The notes under the pieces were generated by a model. It saw nothing but the letters and a program-made list of their open reading frames with translations, did not search any database and had not been told where the DNA came from. Both the position numbers and the translations under genes were made by a program. A stretch of 54,550 bases of DNA from Verrucomicrobiota bacterium (GTDB lineage Bacteria > Verrucomicrobiota > Verrucomicrobiia > Chthoniobacterales > UBA10450), in the NCBI GenBank assembly GCA_003221295.1, contig QHRA01000184.1, positions 1 through 54,550 of the forward strand, read 5' to 3'. This document shows positions 35,148-43,484 of this stretch, piece by piece; within the stretch, counting starts at the first letter, position 1; each line of letters opens with the position of its first letter.

Positions 35148-36437
35148 ATGCCTGAGTTTGCCTATAAAGCTCGCAACGCGCAGGGCGGATTAGTCGAGGG
35201 CGTTTTGAACTGCCCCGATCGCGGTGTCGCTATTCGCCAGATCGAACAGCAGAACTGCATTCCTATTCGCATCGATCCGGTGATGACAGCCACACCCGCC
35301 ACGGCAGTAGCAACGGCGCCCCGCAGTTTCGTGCCGAAAATTTTCAACCGCGGCACGCCCGAGCGCCCGGATGTTCCGGCGCAGACGTTAAGGATTCCGC
35401 ACAGCCAGTTGCTCGTTTTCACGGAACAGCTCGCGCATTTGCAACAAGCGGGCATGACCCTGGACGAAGGGCTCGGTATTCTGGAGAAGCGCCTAAAGCA
35501 TCCGCGGGTGCAGCAGATGATTCGCACTTTGCACCAGGCGCTGGTAGACGGTCGTAGTTTTTCCCAGGCACTTCGCGAATTCCCGCGCATTTTCCCGCCG
35601 CTTTACGTGAACCTGGTGGCGGCAGGTGAAGCGAGTGGCGCGTTGCCGGAGATTCTATTGCGGTTGGTGAAGCACCTGACCCAGGCAAAAAGTCTGCGCG
35701 ATCGAGTGCAACAGGCGCTGATTTATCCGACTTTTCTTACACTGGCGGGCGCAGCGCTCATTACCGTCTTCATTACTTTCATGGTGCCGCAGCTCACCCA
35801 ATTCATGTCGCAAAATGGCGGAGCGCTACCGTTGCCGACGCGTATTTTAATGCAAGCACACCACCTTCTCACAACCTACTGGTGGTTGGGTGTCCTAATT
35901 GTTATCGGGGGGGTTGCCGCCAGGCGGGCCTTCGTCCGGAGCGACGAAGGGCGCACCGCTTGGGACCGATTCCGCCTGCGCATTCCCGGTTATGGTCGCA
36001 TCGTCCGGCACAGCTATTACGCGCAGTTCTCCCGCACGCTCGGCACCCTGACCGAAAACGGGATTCCACTTTTGCGATCGCTCGATCTCGTCGCCGAAAT
36101 CGCGGGCAACCGTTACATCGAGAAAAAGCTAACGGAAGTGAGACGCTCGGTGGTGGACGGCGCGCATCTTTCGGCCGCGCTTGCGGCGCAGCAAATGTTC
36201 CCGGACTTGCTCACCGATATGATGGCAGTGGGCGAGCAAACCGGGCACTTTGGTCAAACCATGATGACGATCGCAGACGTTTACGAGCGGGAACTCGATC
36301 GCACCGTCACCATTACCTCGGGGCTGATTGCGCCGGTCATCATCGTTATCATTGCCATTATCGTTGGCTTTGTCGTTTACAGCATTTTGTCCGCGGTATT
36401 CTCCATGACGCAAAGTTTGCAGTTTCGAGTGCGTTGA
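35148..36437 (+). CDS. gspF: Type II secretion / type IV pilus platform protein (GspF/PilC family)
   Basis: 429 aa with the duplicated T2SSF domain pattern (FTEQLAHLQQAGMTLDEGL... and FSRTLGTLTENGIPLLRSL...) and three TM segments. Confidence 0.85.
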   Translation: MPEFAYKARNAQGGLVEGVLNCPDRGVAIRQIEQQNCIPIRIDPVMTATPATAVATAPRSFVPKIFNRGTPERPDVPAQTLRIPHSQLLVFTEQLAHLQQAGMTLDEGLGILEKRLKHPRVQQMIRTLHQALVDGRSFSQALREFPRIFPPLYVNLVAAGEASGALPEILLRLVKHLTQAKSLRDRVQQALIYPTFLTLAGAALITVFITFMVPQLTQFMSQNGGALPLPTRILMQAHHLLTTYWWLGVLIVIGGVAARRAFVRSDEGRTAWDRFRLRIPGYGRIVRHSYYAQFSRTLGTLTENGIPLLRSLDLVAEIAGNRYIEKKLTEVRRSVVDGAHLSAALAAQQMFPDLLTDMMAVGEQTGHFGQTMMTIADVYERELDRTVTITSGLIAPVIIVIIAIIVGFVVYSILSAVFSMTQSLQFRVR

Positions 36438-36454
36438 GATAGCATCCGCCCAAT

Positions 36455-37528
36455 TTGATGCGTCAGCGAACTTTGACGTTGGGACTGATCCTGGCGGCGC
36501 GAACCCTTCTCGCGCAGGAGGCGGTCAATCGCGATTCGATTCTTGCTGGACAATCTCCCGCCTTTGCCATCACACCTCCCGTTAGCGGTAACGCCTGGAT
36601 CGATCTGCGGCAAAATGCGAAGCCGGGCGCCGTGCAAAGCGTTCCCGATTGGGTCGAGGCGGTAACGTTCATCCCCCCGGACGCGCAGACAAACGCCGCC
36701 GCGCCGGGCGTGTTTCGCATTCGGCTGGCAAGACCAGGCGGTCATGCCAGCGTTCTTTTTTTCCGACTCTTCTTCAACGACCAGACCTCAGCGCGTCCCG
36801 AGATTGTGGCTTGGGACGAATCCGGTTCGGAATTGCTCCGCTCCGGTCCTCTTGGCACCGGGATTGATCTGGAAAGCTCGGAATCCGTCATGATCCCGAT
36901 GCACGGCATTACCACTATTGATGTGGAGGTGCCGGGCGACGGCAATAGTGTCCGCGGCGCCTATTTGGAGTGGATGAGCAGCAGCGAGATGGTGCACCCG
37001 CCAAGTGCTGGCTCGCAGGATGTCATTCCCGAGCCTTTTGCGGCGACTTTAGCGTTGCACGCGCCCGCGCAGGACTCGGAAGAATTTGGCGCCGTCACCG
37101 CCTCGTTGTCGGCCGATTTGATCCGCATTGGTTCTACTGCGAGCGAAGCAGCTGCCTTCGAGTTCGGCTTGGAATCGCAACCCTTACTTGCGCTCATCAC
37201 TTTCGAAATCGCCAGTCCGCGCATTGATTCACCGCCGGAAGTGATCGCGAACGGCGAAAATGTTGGAATCGTCTCCCTCGTTCTGCCGGGATTGGCCGAT
37301 CCGGGGTATCGCGGAGAAATGCGTAACATCGTCAGCCAAATGCAGTTCCAATACACCGGTTGGCTGCGCGCGCAGAAGATCGTCCCGGTAAGCGCGCTCC
37401 ACGCCGGGACCAACGACATCACCATCATCAACGGCCCGAATGCCGCCAGCGCCGTCATTCGGGCTACGCAGATTCAATTAAAGTACCTTTGGGACAAATC
37501 GGATTATATTTTGAAACCAGACCGCTGA
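36455..37528 (+). CDS. Secreted protein of unknown function embedded between gspF and gspG
   Basis: Signal peptide MMRQRTLTLGLILAARTLLAQEA and a 357-aa beta-rich-looking sequence. I recognise no motif. Spacers to the neighbours are 17 nt and 18 nt. Confidence 0.55.
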   Translation: MMRQRTLTLGLILAARTLLAQEAVNRDSILAGQSPAFAITPPVSGNAWIDLRQNAKPGAVQSVPDWVEAVTFIPPDAQTNAAAPGVFRIRLARPGGHASVLFFRLFFNDQTSARPEIVAWDESGSELLRSGPLGTGIDLESSESVMIPMHGITTIDVEVPGDGNSVRGAYLEWMSSSEMVHPPSAGSQDVIPEPFAATLALHAPAQDSEEFGAVTASLSADLIRIGSTASEAAAFEFGLESQPLLALITFEIASPRIDSPPEVIANGENVGIVSLVLPGLADPGYRGEMRNIVSQMQFQYTGWLRAQKIVPVSALHAGTNDITIINGPNAASAVIRATQIQLKYLWDKSDYILKPDR

Positions 37529-37546
37529 CCTGATGTCTAAGTTCTG

Positions 37547-37957
37547 ATGCGAGAAAAACAACAGGCTTTCACGTTGCTCGAAATCATGCTGGTGGTCACG
37601 ATCATCGCGCTGTTGTTGGCCGCCGCGATAAAATTCATGTCACCGAATGTGGATATAGCAAAGCGGGTTCGGGTCGCAGGCGATATTCAAGCGATCAAGA
37701 CCTCGCTCCTGGCGTATCAAGGAATCAACGGATTTTATCCGACGACCGAGCAGGGGCTTCAGGCTTTGGTTACTGCTCCCTCAACCGATCCGCGGCCTTC
37801 ACGCTGGCAGCAATTCATGGAGCAGGTTCCCACCGATCCTTGGGGCACGCCTTATGTTTACCGCTGCCCCGGTCAGAAAAATCCTACCAAGTATGATTTG
37901 TTTTCGGCCGGCCCGGATCGGATTCCAGATACAACGGACGACGACCCAGGACAGTAG
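37547..37957 (+). CDS. gspG: Major pseudopilin GspG
   Basis: Prepilin N-terminus QQAFTLLEIMLVVTIIALL and the GspG core DPWGTPYVYRCPG...YDLFSAGPD. Confidence 0.85.
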   Translation: MREKQQAFTLLEIMLVVTIIALLLAAAIKFMSPNVDIAKRVRVAGDIQAIKTSLLAYQGINGFYPTTEQGLQALVTAPSTDPRPSRWQQFMEQVPTDPWGTPYVYRCPGQKNPTKYDLFSAGPDRIPDTTDDDPGQ

Positions 37958-37964
37958 CGGCTGA

Positions 37965-38603
37965 CTATTCCTCTTCCTCGTCCGGAGGCGGCGCATTTGG
38001 CGTCGGCGCTACCGGAGTGGGATTTCGCTGGATCACGCCGCGCTGGCGGATCTGGCCCGGCTGAGGAGTTTGCCTGCCCTGTTGGTATGTTGGCGGCAGG
38101 GACGGTATCGGCGCCGGCTTGATGTAAGGTTGTGGGGGCGGCGGCATTCCGGGCGGGAAAAGCGGCGGCTGCAGTGCGTTCGTTTGCGGCTGATTCGGAT
38201 TCTGCGCTAACTGGGAAAGCACAGCCTGATTGAAGGTCAGCGTCGCGTATTTCCCGTCCTTGGTGATGGTGACCTTCGTTTGTCCCACCTTGTCCGACCA
38301 TTTGATATCGCTAATGGCGAAGCCGTGCTCCGGCCCTTTAGTCGATAAATACTCTTTGAAATTCTTGTCTGTGGCCGAGGCGATCGTGACAAGGTCGCCG
38401 TCGGCGAAATGCGCTGCGTTCGCGATATACAAGTCCTTCGCGAAATCGGGAGTCGCAGTCGGAACGGCTATGGTAGCAATGGCGAAAGGCGAACGATTCA
38501 ACATCGCTTGGTAACGATTAAAGTCCGGGCGTTTCGGCAACGGATCGTCTGCCAGTGCGGTTACTGGGATTATCCCGATAATAATGAATAAGCTGGTTTT
38601 CAT
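37965..38603 (-). CDS. Secreted protein with a beta-rich core and a Pro/Gln-rich acidic tail; last gene of the pseudopilin operon (PilP/GspC-like role possible)
   Basis: Signal peptide. ATGA overlap with the upstream gene. The C-terminus ends PPPDEEEE. Confidence 0.45.
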   Translation of the reverse strand: MKTSLFIIIGIIPVTALADDPLPKRPDFNRYQAMLNRSPFAIATIAVPTATPDFAKDLYIANAAHFADGDLVTIASATDKNFKEYLSTKGPEHGFAISDIKWSDKVGQTKVTITKDGKYATLTFNQAVLSQLAQNPNQPQTNALQPPLFPPGMPPPPQPYIKPAPIPSLPPTYQQGRQTPQPGQIRQRGVIQRNPTPVAPTPNAPPPDEEEE

Positions 38604-39151
38604 TTCGCTGCGCTCGCCGGCGCGTACCAGCGCGCTATTTTAAATTTACCACGCATTTGCGTTGGGTCACTCGAATCGATGGCAATATTTGCGCTCTCAA
38701 AAACAATGAAAGCATCGGGCGCTTGCACGTCGTACAGAAAATGAACCAGCGGTGGCCAGGGACTTTTCGTTTCGATAGAGGCAAAAACTGATTGATACGC
38801 GCCCGCCGCAGGGCTGTTGCCGATAGCGGGGTTTTCGATCAACACGCTATATTTGCCGGCGATCTGTTTGAGTTGATCGAGCAAAGCCGAGGCATCGCCG
38901 GCTCCGTGAAAAACCGGCTGATGCTCGCGCAGCCATTGCTCGCGTTTCGACCAAAGATCGCTTTCCCGCAACAAGACCGTTTGCTCATTGTGCGCTTCTT
39001 TTCGTTTCGCGACTTCGACTCGCGAATCGCCAATGGCGCGGAAAAGCCAGCTCCACAAAAACAAGTTCGCCAGGAAAAATACCACCATCGCCACCAGTCC
39101 AGCCAGGACCTGCTCACGCCGGTTCATTCGTTGTAACACTTGCGCGATCAT
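38600..39151 (-). CDS. GspM/PilO-like bitopic inner-membrane assembly protein
   Basis: One N-terminal TM helix (LAGLVAMVVFFLANLFLWSWLF), then a coiled segment and a small alpha/beta domain. ATGA overlaps on both sides. Confidence 0.5.
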   Translation of the reverse strand: MIAQVLQRMNRREQVLAGLVAMVVFFLANLFLWSWLFRAIGDSRVEVAKRKEAHNEQTVLLRESDLWSKREQWLREHQPVFHGAGDASALLDQLKQIAGKYSVLIENPAIGNSPAAGAYQSVFASIETKSPWPPLVHFLYDVQAPDAFIVFESANIAIDSSDPTQMRGKFKIARWYAPASAAK

Positions 39152-40371
39152 CGCGGTCTTCCCTCCAGCCGGAACTGCGCGTGATCGTTCGGCAAAATCC
39201 GCGGCGATTGCATGTCGAAGGTAAAACTTTGCAAATCAGGATGCTTTTTGACTTTATCCGCGAATTGATAAGCCAGTGCGGCTTTGTTCGCTTCGCCTTC
39301 GACCGAAATCTGACGTGCCGATTGATTATAGGCGGTGATGCGCACGTCCTGCGATGGCAGGCTGTCGAATAGGTGCAGCAAAATTTCGATTGGGTAAAAA
39401 TGTGGATCGATCGCCGGAGCCAGCGCTTTCCAGTTATTAGCGGCCGCTCGCACAAAAACGGTGCGGGGCGCATCACGTTCAATCTGGCGATCCAGTTGCC
39501 GGACGCGGAATTTCAAGTAACCAAGGTGAATAAGAGCGAGCGCGACGATTGCGCCATAAGCAATCCCTCCTATCACCAGTCGTTTTTTCCATTGTTCGCG
39601 CCGGACCTGACGCAGGCGCGCTTCGCGCCATGCTTGCGGAAGAAGATTGAGACCGGTCGAGGCAGGTGGCGTTTCCACTGCCATCATTTCGGCCGGTGCC
39701 GCCAGCGCTCTCTCGACCCTGTCACGCAGGCCAAAACATTTTTCGTCTACCAACACGTTTTGAAACGATGCGGTGATTCCCTGTAATTCGGCCGTCATGG
39801 TCAATTGCGGCAGTTCGAGCTCGAGTGGCGCTGCCACCCCGCCATCAATCGTCCGCGCAAAACTAAGCTTGCCGTTTTCGGAAATGGCGGAAACTAGCGC
39901 ACCGGATTCCGGATAGATGAATAAAGCACAGCCTTTCCCTGCGTGGGTGGCGACACGTTGCGCGGCATAGACCGTGACCGCGCGCGGAATGACCCTGCGA
40001 TTCAACAACGGCGCCGCGATTTCCGTCAGTCGCTGATTCTGCACCGCCACCGCAGAAATCACGCATTCACCGTTGGCTTGCTCGATAACCTCGAAATCGC
40101 TTGTGACTTCCTCAGTGGAAAAGGGAAGCGCCTTCTCCAGTTGGATGCGAACCATCTCGCGCAATTCCGATCCTTCCACGCTGGGTAAACGCATCCGCTG
40201 CGCCAGCACGGCCGAAATCGGAAGCGCCAGCACGACATCATCATCCGTACTCAAGGTTTCCGCAGCGGCGTCCAAACAAGGAAAGGCCCGCACTCGCCAA
40301 TTGCCGTTTTCCGCAGGGCGACTGATCAAATTCCATCCTTCCGCCCCAGGAACGAGAAAGAACTTGCCCAT
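39148..40371 (-). CDS. GspL-analogue: PilM-like cytoplasmic domain fused through one TM helix to a PilN-like periplasmic domain
   Basis: Actin-like N-terminal half (VVLALPISAVLAQRMRLPSVEGSELREMVRIQLEKALPFSTEEV), TM helix LVIGGIAYGAIVALALIHLGYL, then a PilN-like tail. The start at MGKFF forms TAATG with the gspK stop. Confidence 0.6.
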   Translation of the reverse strand: MGKFFLVPGAEGWNLISRPAENGNWRVRAFPCLDAAAETLSTDDDVVLALPISAVLAQRMRLPSVEGSELREMVRIQLEKALPFSTEEVTSDFEVIEQANGECVISAVAVQNQRLTEIAAPLLNRRVIPRAVTVYAAQRVATHAGKGCALFIYPESGALVSAISENGKLSFARTIDGGVAAPLELELPQLTMTAELQGITASFQNVLVDEKCFGLRDRVERALAAPAEMMAVETPPASTGLNLLPQAWREARLRQVRREQWKKRLVIGGIAYGAIVALALIHLGYLKFRVRQLDRQIERDAPRTVFVRAAANNWKALAPAIDPHFYPIEILLHLFDSLPSQDVRITAYNQSARQISVEGEANKAALAYQFADKVKKHPDLQSFTFDMQSPRILPNDHAQFRLEGRPR

Positions 40372-41270
40372 TAAAATTCCTTCCAAGTAATCAACTGGGG
40401 TGTGAGACCGGCGCGACGAAAGACCAGCTGGATTACGCGAGTGATGTCGGCGGACCGCCCAGTGCTAACGATTCGTAGGACAGGATCCTTGAACGAAACG
40501 AATGGACTAAGTTCTCGAAATTGCTCCGGGGTAAGACCGAGCGCGGCGCGAATCTCATCCAGACTTTTGAAGACGGTGTCATCGGCCGTGCCATCAATCC
40601 CATCTGGCCCCGCCCGGAGTTGGAGGAAACGCTCGATCATGGCATCCGTAAATCCCGGGAGCGCGCGCAGGACGTCTCGTGGCGCCCAGGCCATATCAAC
40701 CGGTCCGGTGCTGTTGAGCGTGAATTCCTCGTCCCAACCCGGCGCCGAAGTAAAAGTCTCCCACCCTTTCACTTTTTTCAGTTCGTCGATTCGGACCAAT
40801 AACGCATTGGCCGGTTGGTAGTCTTCGCTCGCTTCCGCTCCATTCAAACGCACGAGATCATCCGGGTCCACCCAGTCGAGCAGACAATCGATCATCCGAT
40901 CGCGTTCGTTCAATTCGATGCCCTTTAGCTCGAGGTACCGCCGCAGCATTTCGATCCGCACCGGATTTTCCCCGGCCACCAGCCAGTTGATATTCAAGCG
41001 CCCGCCTTCGCCAGTGATGCGAGCACTGTAACTTTGGCGCGGACCAAACTTGCCTTGGAGATTCGGCGAATTCGGCTTGATCGCCGGAGCCATCGCCACC
41101 TCTGCGCCAGAGGCCGCCATTGCTTGTGCTTCCAAAATTCGGTTTTCACTTCCGGAAAGATTGAGGCGCGAATCAATGTTCAACGCCCACGACATGACCA
41201 AGGCTGCCAGCAAAAAGAGCGCCCAGAGCGAAAGTAGAAGGGCGGCGCCACGCGATTTCGAGGGCCTCAT
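40371..41270 (-). CDS. gspK: Minor pseudopilin GspK-like
   Basis: N-terminal hydrophobic segment SRGAALLLSLWALFLLAALVMS, the GGRLNINW motif, and HhH/SAM-like segments (LRALPGFTDAMIERFLQLR, LDEIRAALGLTPEQFRELSPFVSF). Confidence 0.72.
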   Translation of the reverse strand: MRPSKSRGAALLLSLWALFLLAALVMSWALNIDSRLNLSGSENRILEAQAMAASGAEVAMAPAIKPNSPNLQGKFGPRQSYSARITGEGGRLNINWLVAGENPVRIEMLRRYLELKGIELNERDRMIDCLLDWVDPDDLVRLNGAEASEDYQPANALLVRIDELKKVKGWETFTSAPGWDEEFTLNSTGPVDMAWAPRDVLRALPGFTDAMIERFLQLRAGPDGIDGTADDTVFKSLDEIRAALGLTPEQFRELSPFVSFKDPVLRIVSTGRSADITRVIQLVFRRAGLTPQLITWKEF

Positions 41271-41962
41271 AATGGCATTCGTGCAAGCGGCACGGTGATT
41301 TCCGTTGGCGTCCTCGCATCGGTGCGACCGATCACCACCTTGACCAGACGCGGCAGCGTGACGGTGTCGGTCCAGCGTGGCACCCAGGTATTCAAACGCG
41401 AATCGAAAAAGCGAATTTGTAAGGTGCCGACGTTATCGATCAGACGCACCCATGTTTCGTGTTCGTTTCCAACGGCCGTGTCCTCCTTTGGTTTGCGCAA
41501 AAGACCGAGATCGAGCTGCCGGCTCTTTGCATCGCGCGCCCGCAGCCGCAGGCTCACCCGAAAATCGCCTGTTGCATAACGAGTCAATAATCCCGGGCCC
41601 GCCGGGCAAAACCAGGTCAACTCGTCGCGATCATGGCCGTCGATCTTTAATGGCTCGCCCGCGAGTGCGGCCGTCCCCGGTGGCAAACTTTGCAGCTGCT
41701 GGGTCAACAACTCGCGCAATCCATCGTAGCGCGCTTCCACCGCATCCGCTTCCGATGAGATCCGCATCGCGGTGATATTCGCTTGCACGAAACGATAAAT
41801 CGCCAGGGACATCATCCCGAGAATGATCACCGCTAGCATGATCTCAAGCAGGGTGAACGCAGGCGCCCATACAGTTCCGGGGAGCGCAGGCTGCCAGCCT
41901 GCAGCATTCGGCCGCTGCGCCGAATGCAGCTTCGCGCGCAGCGCGAATTCCCCACCGGTCAT
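41267..41962 (-). CDS. gspJ: Minor pseudopilin GspJ-like, start uncertain
   Basis: Prepilin core APAFTLLEIMLAVIILGMMSLAIYRF. The first in-frame ATG upstream of it is at 41962, inside a repeat element, and the ORF stays open up to 42142. Confidence 0.6.
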   Translation of the reverse strand: MTGGEFALRAKLHSAQRPNAAGWQPALPGTVWAPAFTLLEIMLAVIILGMMSLAIYRFVQANITAMRISSEADAVEARYDGLRELLTQQLQSLPPGTAALAGEPLKIDGHDRDELTWFCPAGPGLLTRYATGDFRVSLRLRARDAKSRQLDLGLLRKPKEDTAVGNEHETWVRLIDNVGTLQIRFFDSRLNTWVPRWTDTVTLPRLVKVVIGRTDARTPTEITVPLARMPL

Positions 41963-42060
41963 CCCGAGCGGAAACGCCAGTCCGGCTCGGACCGAGGGAT
42001 CCCGAGGCGAAACCTTTAAGGTACCTTCCACGGGATCCCTCGACTTATGCTCGGGATAAC
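41879..42060. repeat. Composite hairpin-repeat cluster between gspI and the gspJ core
   Basis: Modules: ggggagcgcaggctgccagcctgc; gcattcggccgctgcgccgaatgc; ttcgcgcgcagcgcgaa; and a full GTCATCCCGAGCG-family palindrome (41958-42060, right arm gggatccctcgacttatgctcgggataac). Confidence 0.85.
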
Positions 42061-42116
42061 GTGTTAGCGGAAGCGGGCAGTCTCTCCCCAGAGAAATCGA
42101 GCGACGCTGGCAACCT

Positions 42117-42524
42117 TCAGAGCCGGTAAACATAAAATGCAATCGCTTTCGACTGGCCCGCTCCGCCGCGCGTCCAATTTGCCGTTAAGGTGACACGAAT
42201 AATTCCAGTTAGCTGGGTCCCATCTTCCTCTTTCATTTCCTGCGGCGCGGCTTTCTGCACTAACTTTACTATACCAAACCCGGTATCGATTTTGGACTCC
42301 TTTGCCTTGTCCGGTTGCCCCGGGGTCGTTTCGATTTCCACCATCCGGTTCGCCAGAATCTCACGCACCCGAGCATCATCCGTGCTCAAGGCACTCGCGT
42401 TCATGCAATTATTAACCGCGCGCCCAAGCGCGATGATTCCAATGGCAAAGATAAATAACCCGAGCAGCACCTCGTAAAGAGCAAAAGCTGATCCTGCAAA
42501 AGTCGCCTTATTAGCGCGGCGCAT
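42117..42524 (-). CDS. gspI: Minor pseudopilin GspI-like
   Basis: Degenerate prepilin N-terminus AGSAFALYEVLLGLFIFAIGIIAL, 135 aa, positioned between the H-like and J-like genes. Confidence 0.55.
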   Translation of the reverse strand: MRRANKATFAGSAFALYEVLLGLFIFAIGIIALGRAVNNCMNASALSTDDARVREILANRMVEIETTPGQPDKAKESKIDTGFGIVKLVQKAAPQEMKEEDGTQLTGIIRVTLTANWTRGGAGQSKAIAFYVYRL

Positions 42525-42984
42525 AAGTAATAATCTCTCCCAGCCCGCTCAACGGCGAATACTCTGTCGTCCAGCTGCCATCATCGCTGGCAAAACGGAT
42601 TCTGGCTGGCTCGCATACGCCCGACTCCCAAAAGATCCACTCCGCTGGCGCCTTTTTCGATAACGCCGCCGGCAATTCGACCCGCCATTTCTCCTGGCGC
42701 GCGATAGCAATGGTATCGATCGGTTGATGCGGTTCCGTTTTCAAAAATGCCGCTGGTTGCAAGCTGACCTCGACATCATTCCAGACAATTAAATAGGCAC
42801 GGTGTTCAGCCAGACTACGCTCATGCGCCTGCCGCACCAGCTCATTAAAACGATTTAGCGATCGATGGAGCCGCTTGTCCGCGAGCACGCCATTCAAACT
42901 CGGCACCGCCAAAGTAAGCAGGAGCAGTAGAATAAAGACCGCAATTATTACTTCGACCAAGGTAAACCCGCGCTGGCGCTGCAT
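42511..42984 (-). CDS. gspH: Minor pseudopilin GspH-like
   Basis: Prepilin N-terminus MQRQRGFTLVEVIIAVFILLLLLTLAVPS, 157 aa, first gene of the operon. Confidence 0.65.
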   Translation of the reverse strand: MQRQRGFTLVEVIIAVFILLLLLTLAVPSLNGVLADKRLHRSLNRFNELVRQAHERSLAEHRAYLIVWNDVEVSLQPAAFLKTEPHQPIDTIAIARQEKWRVELPAALSKKAPAEWIFWESGVCEPARIRFASDDGSWTTEYSPLSGLGEIITYAPR

Positions 42985-43047
42985 GCCTGAAATTTACGAC
43001 TTGGCTGGAAAATCACAATGCGCCACTCAGATATGGAGCATTGGAGG

Positions 43048-43269
43048 GATGGAGTAATGGAAAGCAGCAGAAGACCGGCTCCGCAGAGATGCGTCAGCAA
43101 AATGGTAGGGCGAGACTCCGTCGAGCCGATCTCGCCAAACTCGCGAAGCGATGCAAATGGGCGACAGCTTTTGGAGTGCGGCAGCGTGCTGCCGCTTTGC
43201 TCGCTGCGGCACGCATGGCCTACCGTCTTGGAGTGAATGAGGGACGAGCGCCAATACCGTTACTCCATC
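43048..43269. repeat. Long-range inverted repeat (GATGGAGTAATGG / CCGTTACTCCATC) enclosing a perfect palindrome
   Basis: Arms at 43048-43060 and 43257-43269. Inner palindrome gcggcagcgtgctgccgc at 43178-43195. Similar GGAGT-rich words occur at 12143-12220. Confidence 0.6.
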
Positions 43270-43308
43270 ACTTCATCGCTCTATTGCTTCGCCGAACAAC
43301 GAGTCGAT

Positions 43309-43403
43309 GGAACACAGGCATGCATGCCTGTGCGCCCAGCGGGCTTTTAGCCTGCTGAGGGGAAACAGGCTACAAGCCTGTTGGGCACACAGAGCTGTGT
43401 TCC
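43309..43403. repeat. Multi-hairpin repeat upstream of the FTR1 gene
   Basis: ggaacacaggcatgcatgcctgtgcgcccagcgggcttttagcctgctg, followed by aacaggctacaagcctgtt and closed by ctgtgttcc. The first 49 nt recur at 44692-44740. Confidence 0.8.
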
Positions 43404-43484
43404 AGCGCTCTCCCGGACAACGAGCCGCTAAAAAATGGCAACCAAGCGACAGCATGTCGAAGTTCCATGTGTTAAGTTTGTTAT

